A DNA stretch of 25,237 nt, taken from contig NEEC01000422.1 of the NCBI GenBank assembly GCA_002189035.1, forward strand, positions 1 to 25,237, written 5' to 3'. Source of the stretch: Utricularia gibba. Lineage: Eukaryota; Plantae; Magnoliophyta. The notes below the pieces were generated by a model. That model did not search any database, was not told where the DNA came from, and saw only the letters and a list, made by a program, of their open reading frames with translations. Positions 1-8,865 of this stretch are shown here, in pieces (the stretch's first letter is position 1; the number at the start of each line of letters is the position of its first letter). Made by a program: the position numbers and the translations under genes.

Positions 1-3000
1 CGCAAGCCAAACCTGACCTTTGTCCCGTTCTAGGTGCACCCCAAGACCGCCTCCTCAAGTATAAAGTAAGTTGTTGAAAAAATCATGTGGGGTGCACGTG
101 ATATCGTAATTTAAACAAAGGCATCATTTTTTAATCGATTTGCATCCGGTTGACCTCATGAGCCATACAGAATCGGGGTCAGGACCAAGTTCCCAGCGAG
201 ACTGGCCGCCACAAAACGAGAAGCTGTTCCTTGAAAAACCATGTAGGCAGCCCCCGAAAACTGAACGTTAATAAATACATCACTTTATTTGCCGAGCTAC
301 AACTAACTCTCGGCGCAAGCCAAACCTGACCTTTGTCCCGTTCTAGGTGCACCCCAAGACCGCCTCCTCAAGTATAAAGTAAGTTGTTGAAAAAATCATG
401 TGGGGTGCACGTGATATCGTAATTTAAACAAAGGCATCATTTTTTTAATCGATTTGCATCCGGTTGACCTCATGAGCCATACAGAATCGGGGTCAAGGAC
501 CAAGTTCCCAGCGAGACTGGCCGCCACAAAACGAGAAGCTGTTCCTTGAAAAACCATGTAGGCAGCCCCCGAAAAACTGAACGTTAATAAATACAATCAC
601 TTTATTTTCCGAGCTACAACTAACTCTCGGCGCAAGCCAAACCTGACCTTTGTCCGTTCTAGGTGCACCCCAAGACCGCCTCCTCAAGTATAAAGTAAGT
701 TGTTGAAAAAATCATGTGGGGTGCACGTGATATCGTAATTTAAACAAAGCATCATTTTTTTAATCAATTTGCATCCGGTTGACCTCATGAGCAATACATA
801 ATCGGGGTCAAGGACCAAGTTCCCAGCGAGACTGGCCGCCACAAAACGAGAAGCTGTTCCTTGAAAAACCATGTAGGCAGCCCCCGAAACTGAACGTTAA
901 TAAATACATCACTTTATTTGCCGAGTTACAACTAACTCTCGGCGCAAGCCAAACCTGACCTTTGTCCCGTTCCAGGTGCACCCCAAGACCGCCTCCACAA
1001 GTATAAAGCAAGTTGTTGAAAAAATCATGTGGGTGCACGTGATATCGTAATTTAAAGAAAGGCATCATTTTTTTAATCGATTTCCATCCGGTTGACCTCA
1101 TGAGCCATACAGAATCGGGGTCAGGACCAAGTTCCCAGCGAGACTGGCCGCCACAAAACGAGAAGCTGTTCCTTGAAAAACCATGTAGGCAGCCCCCAAA
1201 AACTGAACGTTAATAAATACATCACTTTATTTGCCGAGCTACAACTAACTCTCGGCGCAAGCCAAACCTGACCTTTGTCCGTTCTAGGTGCACCCAAGAC
1301 CGCCTCCTCAAGTATAAAGTAAGTTGTTGAAAAAATCATGTGGGGTGCACGTGATATCGTAATTTAAACAAAGGCATCATTTTCTTTAATCGATTTCCAT
1401 CCGGTTGACCTCATGAGCCATACAGAATCGGGGTCAGGACCAAGTTCCCAGCGAGACTGGCCGCCACAAAAGAGAAGCTGTTCCTTGAAAAACCATGTAG
1501 GCAGCCCCCGAAAACTGAACGTTAATAAATACATCACTTTATTTTCCGAGCTACAACTAACTCTCGGCGCAAGCCAAACCTGACCTTTGTCCGTTCTAGG
1601 TGCACCCCAAGACCGCCTCCTCAAGTATAAAGTAAGTTGTTGAAAAAATCATGTGGGGTGCACGTGATATCGTAATTTAAACAAAGGCATCATTTTTTTA
1701 ATCGATTTGCATCCGGTTGACCTCATGAGCCATACAGAATCGGGGTCAAGGACCAAGTTCCCAGCGAGACTGGCCGCCACAAAACGAGAAGCTGTTCCTT
1801 GAAAAACCATGTAGGCAGCCCCAAAACTGAACGTTAATAAATACATCACTTTATTTTCCGAGCTACAACTAACTCTCGGCGCAAGCCAAACCTGACCTTT
1901 GTCCCGTTCTAGGTGCCCAAGACCGCCTCCTCAAGTATAAAGTAAGTTGTTGAAAAAATCATGTGGGGTGCACGTGATATCGTAATTTAAACAAAGGCAT
2001 CATTTTCTTTAATCATTTCCATCCGGTTGACCTCATGAGCCATACAGAATCGGGGTCAAGGACCAAGTTCCCAGCGAGACTGGCCGCCACAAAACGAGAA
2101 GCTGTTCCTTGAAAAACCATGTAGGCAGCCCCAAAACTGAACGTTAATAAATACATCACTTTATTTGCCGAGCTACAACTAACTCTCGGCGCAAGCCAAA
2201 CCTGACCTTTGTCCCGTTCTAGGTGCACCCAAGACCGCCTCCTCAAGTATAAAGTAAGTTGTTGAAAAAATCATGTGGGGTGCACGTGATATCGTAATTT
2301 AAACAAAGGCATCATTTTTTTTAATCAATTTGCATCCGGTTGACCTCATGAGCAATACATAATCGGGGTCAAGGACCAAGTTCCCAGCGAGACTGGCCGC
2401 CACAAAACGAGAAGCTGTTCCTTGAAAAACCATGTAGGCAGCCCCCAAAAACTGAACGTTAATAAATACATCACTTTATTTTCCGAGCTACAACTAACTC
2501 TCGGCGCAAGCCAAACCTGACCTTTGTCCGTTCTAGGTGCACCCCAAGACCGCCTCCTCAAGTATAAAGTAAGTTGTTGAAAAAATCATGTGGGGTGCAC
2601 GTGATATCGTAATTTAAACAAAGGCATCATTTTTTTAATCGATTTGCATCCGGTTGACCTCATGAGCCATACAGAATCGGGGTCAAGGACCAAGTTCCAG
2701 CGAGACTGGCCGCCACAAAACGAGAAGCTGTTCCTTGAAAAACCATGTAGGCAGCCCCGAAAACTGAACGTTAATAAATACATCACTTTATTTGCCGAGC
2801 TACAACTAACTCTCGGCGCAAGCCAAACCTGACCTTTGTCCGTTCTAGGTGCACCCCAAGACCGCCTCCTCAAGTATAAAGTAAGTTGTTGAAAAAATCA
2901 TGTGGGGTGCACGTGATATCGTAATTTAAACAAAGGCATCATTTTTTTTTTAATCGATTTGCATCCGGTTGACCTCATGAGCATACAGAATCGGGGTCAA

Positions 3001-5039
3001 GGACCAAGTTCCCAGCGAGACTGGCCGCCACAAAACGAGAAGCTGTTCCTTGAAAAACCATGTAGGCAGCCCCCAAAACTGAACGTTAATAAATACATCA
3101 CTTTATTTTCCGAGCTACAACTAACTCTCGGCGCAAGCCAAACCTGACCTTTGTCCCGTTCTAGGTGCACCCCAAGACCGCCTCCTCAAGTATAAAGTAA
3201 GTTGTTGAAAAAATCATGTGGGGTGCACGTGATATCGTAATTTAAACAAAGGCATCATTTTTTTAATCGATTTGCATCCGGTTGACCTCATGAGCCATAC
3301 AGAATCGGGGTCAAGGACCAAGTTCCCAGCGAGACTGGCCGCCACAAAACGAGAAGCTGTTCCTTGAAAAACCATGTAGGCAGCCCCCGAAAACTGAACG
3401 TTAATAAATACATCACTTTATTTGCCGAGCTACAACTAACTCTCGGCGCAAGCCAAACCTGACCTTTGTCCCGTTCTAGGTGCACCCCAAGACCGCCTCC
3501 TCAAGTATAAAGTAAGTTGTTGAAAAAATCATGTGGGGTGCACGTGATATCGTAATTTAAACAAAGGCATCATTTTTTTTAATCGATTTGCATCCGGTTG
3601 ACCTCATGAGCCATACATAAATCGGGGTCAAGGACCAAGTTCCCAGCGAGACTGGCCGCCACAAAACGAGAAGCTGTTCCTTGAAAAACCATGTAGGCAG
3701 CCCCGAAAACTGAACGTTAATAAATACATCACTTTATTTTCCGAGCTACAACTAACTCTCGGCGCAAGCCAAACCTGACCTTTGTCCCGTTCTAGGTGCA
3801 CCCCAAGACCGCCTCCTCAAGTATAAAGTAAGTTGTTGAAAAAATCATGTGGGGTGCACGTGATATCGTAATTTAAACAAAGGCATCATTTTTTTAATCG
3901 ATTTCATCCGGTTGACCTCATGAGCCATACAGAATCGGGGTCAAGGACCAAGTTCCCAGCGAGACTGGCCGCCACAAAACGAGAAGCTGTTCCTTGAAAA
4001 ACCATGTAGGCAGCCCCCAAAAACTGAACGTTAATAAATACATCACTTTATTTTCCGAGCTACAACTAACTCTCGGCGCAAGCCAAACCTGACCTTTGTC
4101 CCGTTCTAGGTGCACCCCAAGACCGCCTCCTCAAGTATAAAGTAAGTTGTTGAAAAAATCATGTGGGGTGCACGTGATATCGTAATTTAAACAAAGGCAT
4201 CATTTTTTTTTAATCGATTTGCATCCGGTTGACCTCATGAGCCATACAGAATCGGGGTCAAGGACCAAGTTCCCAGCGAGACTGGCCGCCACAAAACGAG
4301 AAGCTGTTCCTTGAAAAACCATGTAGGCAGCCCCCAAAACTGAACGTTAATAAATACATCACTTTATTTGCCGAGCTACAACTAACTCTCGGCGCAAGCC
4401 AAACCTGACCTTTGTCCCGTTCTAGGTGCACCCCAAGACCGCCTCCTCAAGTATAAAGTAAGTTGTTGAAAAAATCATGTGGGGTGCACGTGATATCGTA
4501 ATTTAAACAAAGGCATCATTTTTTAATCGATTTGCATCCGGTTGACCTCATGAGCCATACAGAATCGGGGTCAAGGACCAAGTTCCCAGCGAGACTGGCC
4601 GCCACAAAACGAGAAGCTGTTCCTTGAAAAACCATGTAGGCAGCCCCAAAACTGAACGTTAATAAATACATCACTTTATTTGCCGAGTTACAACTAACTC
4701 TCGGCGCAAGCCAACCTGACCTTTGTCCGTTCTAGGTGCACCCCCCGCCTCCTCAAGTATAAAGTAAGTTGTTGAAAAAATCATGTGGGGTGCACGTGAT
4801 ATCGTAATTTAAACAAAGGCATCATTTTTTTAATCGATTTGCATCCGGTTGACCTCATGAGCAATACAAATCGGGGTCAAGGACCAAGTTCCCAGCGAGA
4901 CTGGCCGCACAAAACGAGAAGCTGTTCCTTGAAAAACCATGTAGGCAGCCCCGAAAACTGAACGTTAATAAATACATCACTTTATTTGCCGAGCTACAAC
5001 TAACTCTCGGCGCAAGCCAAACCTGACCTTGTCCCGTTC

Positions 5040-5226
5040 TAGGTGCACCCCAAGACCGCCTCCTCAAGTATAAAGTAAGTTGTTGAAAAAATCATGTGGG
5101 GTGCCGTGAGCTGTTCCTTGAAAAACCATGTACCCCCAAAAAACTGAACGTTAATAAATACATCACTTTATTTTCCGAGCTACAACTAACTCTCGGCGCA
5201 AGCCAAACCTGACCTTTGTCCCGTTC
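5040..5226 (+). repeat. Truncated monomer (187 bp), ~123-bp internal deletion
   Basis: Junction ...CCGTGA|GCTGTTCCTTG at ~5109; anchor spacing 187 bp. Confidence 0.85.
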
Positions 5227-6481
5227 TAGGTGCACCCCAAGACCGCCTCCTCAAGTATAAAGTAAGTTGTTGAAAAAATCATGTGGGGTGCACGTGATAT
5301 CGTAATTTAAACAAAGGCATCATTTTTTTAATCAATTTGCATCCGGTTGACCTCATGAGCATACATAATCGGGGTCAAGGACCAAGTTCCCAGCGAGACT
5401 GGCCGCCACAAAACGAGAAGCTGTTCCTTGAAAAACCATGTAGGCAGCCCCCAAAAACTGAACGTTAATAAATACATCACTTTATTTTCCGAGCTACAAC
5501 TAACTCTCGGCGCAAGCCAAACCTGACCTTTGTCCCGTTCTAGGTGCACCCAAGACCGCCTCCTCAAGTATAAAGTAAGTTGTTGAAAAAATCATGTGGG
5601 GTGCACGTGATATCGTAATTTAAACAAAGGCATCATTTTTTTTAATCGATTTCATCCGGTTGACCTCATGAGCCATACAGAATCGGGGTCAAGGACCAAG
5701 TTCCCAGCGAGACTGGCCGCCACAAAACGAGAAGCTGTTCCTTGAAAAACCATGTAGGCAGCCCCCAAAAACTGAACGTTAATAAATACATCACTTTATT
5801 TTCCGAGCTACAACTAACTCTCGGCGCAAGCCAAACCTGACCTTTGTCCCGTTCTAGGTGCACCCAAGACCGCCTCCTCAAGTATAAAGTAAGTTGTTGA
5901 AAAAATCATGTGGGGTGCACGTGATATCGTAATTTAAACAAAGGCATCATTTTTTTAATCGATTTGCATCCGGTTGACCTCATGAGCCATACAGAATCGG
6001 GGTCAAGGACCAAGTTCCCAGCGAGACTGGCCGCCACAAAACGAGAAGCTGTTCCTTGAAAAACCATGTAGGCAGCCCCCAAAAAACTGAACGTTAATAA
6101 ATACATCACTTTATTTTCCGCTACAACTAACTCTCGGCGCAAGCCAAACCTGACCTTTGTCCCGTTCTAGGTGCACCCCAAGACCGCCTCCTCAAGTATA
6201 AAGTAAGTTGTTGAAAAAATCATGTGGGGTGCACGTGATATCGTAATTTAAAGAAAGGCATCATTTTCTTTAATCGATTTCCATCGGTTGACCTCATGAG
6301 CCATACAGAATCGGGGTCAAGGACCAAGTTCCCAGCGAGACTGGCCGCCACAAAACGAGAAGCTGTTCCTTGAAAAACCATGTAGGCAGCCCCCAAAACT
6401 GAACGTTAATAAATACATCACTTTATTTGCCGAGCTACAACTAACTCTCGGCGCAAGCCAAACCTGACCTTTGTCCCGTTC

Positions 6482-6670
6482 TAGGTGCACCCCAAGACCG
6501 CCTCTCAAGTATAAAGTAAGTTGTTGAAAAAATCATGTGGGGTGCACGTCCTGTTCCTTGAAAAACCATGTAGGCAGCCCCCAAAAACTGAACGTTAATA
6601 AATACATCACTTTATTTTCCGAGCTACAACTAACTCTCGGCGCAAGCCAAACCTGACCTTTGTCCCGTTC
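6482..6670 (+). repeat. Truncated monomer (189 bp), ~125-bp internal deletion
   Basis: Junction ...GCACGT|CCTGTTCCTTG at ~6550; anchor spacing 189 bp. Confidence 0.85.
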
Positions 6671-8235
6671 TAGGTGCACCCCAAGACCGCCTCCTCAAGT
6701 ATAAAGTAAGTTGTTGAAAAAATCATGTGGGGTGCACGTGATATCGTAATTTAAACAAAGGCATCATTTTTTTTTAATCAATTTGCATCCGGTTGACCTC
6801 ATGAGCCATACATAATCGGGGTCAAGGACCAAGTTCCCAGCGAGACTGGCCGCCACAAAACGAGAAGCTGTTCCTTGAAAAACCATGTAGGCAGCCCCCA
6901 AAACTGAACGTTAATAAATACATCACTTTATTTTCCGAGCTACAACTAACTCTCGGCGCAAGCCAAACCTGACCTTTGTCCCGTTCTAGGTGCACCCCAA
7001 GACCGCCTCCCAAGTATAAAGTAAGTTGTTGAAAAATCATGTGGGTGCACGTGATATCGTAATTTAAACAAAGGCATCATTTTTTTTAATCGATTTGCAT
7101 CCGGTTGACCTCATGAGCCATACAGAATCGGGGTCAAGGACCAAGTTCCCAGCGAGACTGGCCGCCACAAAACGAGAAGCTGTTCCTTGAAAAACCATGT
7201 AGGCAGCCCCCAAAACTGAACGTTAATAAATACATCACTTTATTTGCCGAGCTACAACTAACTCTCGGCGCAAGCCAAACCTGACCTTTGTCCCGTTCTA
7301 GTGCACCCCAAGACCGCCTCCTCAAGTATAAAGTAAGTTGTTGAAAAAATCATGTGGGGTGCACGTGATATCGTAATTTAAACAAAGGCATCATTTTTTA
7401 ATCAATTTGCATCCGGTTGACCTCATGAGCAATACATAATCGGGGTCAAGGACCAAGTTCCCAGCGAGACTGGCCGCCACAAAACGAGAAGCTGTTCCTT
7501 GAAAAACCATGTAGGCAGCCCCCAAAACTGAACGTTAATAAATACATCACTTTATTTGCCGAGCTACAACTAACTCTCGGCGCAAGCCAAACCTGACCTT
7601 TGTCCCGTTAGGTGCACCCCAAGACCGCCTCCTCAAGTATAAAGTAAGTTGTTGAAAAAATCATGTGGGGTGCACGTGATATCGTAATTTAAACAAAGGC
7701 ATCATTTTTTAATCGATTTCCATCCGGTTGACCTCATGAGCCATACAGAATCGGGGTCAAGGACCAAGTTCCCAGCGAGACTGGCCGCCACAAAACGAGA
7801 AGCTGTTCCTTGAAAAACCATGTAGGCAGCCCCAAAAACTGAACGTTAATAAATACATCACTTTATTTGCCGAGCTACAACTAACTCTCGGCGCAAGCCA
7901 AACCTGACCTTTGTCCCGTTCTAGGTGCACCCAAGACCGCCTCCTCAAGTATAAAGTAAGTTGTTGAAAAAATCATGTGGGGTGCACGTGATATCGTAAT
8001 TTAAACAAAGGCATCATTTTCTTTAATCGATTTCCATCCGGTTGACCTCATGAGCCATACAAATCGGGGTCAAGGACCAAGTTCCCAGCGAGACTGGCCG
8101 CCACAAAACGAGAAGCTGTTCCTTGAAAAACCATGTAGGCAGCCCCCGAAAACTGAACGTTAATAAATACATCACTTTATTTTCCGAGCTACAACTAACT
8201 CTCGGCGCAAGCCAAACCTGACCTTTGTCCCGTTC
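6671..8235 (+). repeat. Five-monomer haplotype cassette V-W-X-Y-Z, copy 1 (M23-M27)
   Basis: Ordered variants: V = CAATTT + ACATAATC, ending TTTCCGAG; W = CTCCCAAG; X = GCAATACATAATC + TTGCCG; Y = TTTCCATC + TTGCCG; Z = TTTTCTTT + TTTCCATC + CCCGAAAA + TTTCCG. Confidence 0.65.
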
Positions 8236-8553
8236 TAGGTGCACCCCAAGACCGCCTCCTCAAGTATAAAGTAAGTTGTTGAAAAAATCATGTGGGGTGC
8301 ACGTGATATCGTAATTTAAACAAAGGCATCATTTTTTTAATCGATTTGCATCCGGTTGACCTCATGAGCCATACAGAATCGGGGTCAAGGACCAAGTTCC
8401 CAGCGAGACTGGCCGCCACAAAACGAGAAGCTGTTCCTTGAAAAACCATGTAGGCAGCCCCCAAAAACTGAACGTTAATAAATACATCACTTTATTTTCC
8501 GAGCTACAACTAACTCTCGGCGCAAGCCAAACCTGACCTTTGTCCCGTTCTAG

Positions 8554-8617
8554 GTGCACCCCAAGACCGCCTCCTCAAGTATAAAGTAAGTTGTTGAAAA
8601 AATCATGTGGGGTGCAC
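8554..8617. other. Perfect 10-bp inverted repeat GTGCACCCCA / TGGGGTGCAC with 44-nt spacer (one per monomer; representative copy)
   Basis: Arms at 8554-8563 and 8608-8617 are exact reverse complements (also 34-43 and 88-97). Confidence 0.9.
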
Positions 8618-8670
8618 GTGATATCGTAATTTAAACAAAGGCATCATTTTTTTAATCGATTTGCATCCGG

Positions 8671-8703
8671 TTGACCTCATGAGCCATACAGAATCGGGGT
8701 CAA
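8671..8703. other. Inverted repeat TTGACCTC / GGGGTCAA (7/8 Watson-Crick) with 17-nt loop, overlapping the 8-bp palindrome CTCATGAG (representative copy)
   Basis: Arms at 8671-8678 and 8696-8703; CTCATGAG at 8676-8683. Confidence 0.8.
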
Positions 8704-8707
8704 GGAC

Positions 8708-8865
8708 CAAGTTCCCAGCGAGACTGGCCGCCACAAAACGAGAAGCTGTTCCTTGAAAAACCATGTAGGCAGCCCCCAAAAACTGAACGTTAATAAATAC
8801 ATCACTTTATTTTCCGAGCTACAACTAACTCTCGGCGCAAGCCAAACCTGACCTTTGTCCCGTTC
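8708..8865 (+). repeat. Sub-repeat B (~158 bp), second half of the monomer
   Basis: 8800-8823 matches 8642-8665 at 16/24 ungapped (offset 158). AGCCAAAC (8840-8847) matches AGCCATAC (8682-8689) at the same offset. Confidence 0.75.
8814..8835. other. Short inverted repeat CCGAG / CTCGG with 12-nt loop, extending to GCCGAG / CTCGGC in TTGCCGAG-type copies (representative copy)
   Basis: Arms at 8814-8818 and 8831-8835. Confidence 0.75.

Larger units (their letters stand above)
8551..8707 (+). repeat. Sub-repeat A (~157 bp), first half of the monomer
   Basis: Aligns to the second half at an offset of ~157-159 bp, e.g. TTGAAAAAATCATGTGGG (8594-8611) vs TTGAAAAACCATGTAGG (8753-8769). Boundary is approximate. 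Confidence 0.75.
8551..8865 (+). repeat. Representative 315-bp consensus-type monomer (M29)
   Basis: Identical by eye to the preceding copy (8236-8550) and carries the majority allele at all diagnostic sites. Hand count: 62 G, 80 C (45% GC), 14 CpG. Single GATATC, CACGTG, TCATGA, AACGTT and ATCGAT sites; two GTGCAC sites. Confidence 0.95.

Noticed and set aside
23-39. CENP-B-box-like 17-mer on the minus strand (GTGCACCTAGAACGGGA)
   Set aside because: It shares the AACGGGA end but only 6 of the 9 core positions of NTTCGNNNNANNCGGGN (lacks TTCG and the central A), so it is not expected to bind CENP-B.
8554-8617. Terminal inverted repeats of a MITE
   Set aside because: The arms enclose only 44 bp, there is no target-site duplication, and the element never occurs outside the fixed monomer context.
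8676-8683. CTCATGA resembling the hammerhead core CUGAUGA (as in newt satellite 2 or Schistosoma Sm-alpha)
   Set aside because: The essential G of CUGA is C on both strands, and I found no correctly placed GAAA/UH with flanking helices.
8823-8832. AACTAACTCT resembling the kinetoplastid spliced-leader start (AACTAACGCT), plus a GTAAGT donor-like motif at 8586-8591
   Set aside because: Similarity stops after 7 nt, the donor-like motif is not positioned after a leader exon, and there is no convincing Sm site.
8551-8865. 5S rDNA or tRNA/SINE tandem unit (unit size is compatible)
   Set aside because: No 5S rRNA sequence or box A/C, no tRNA cloverleaf and no Pol III B-box (GTTCRANNC) on either strand.
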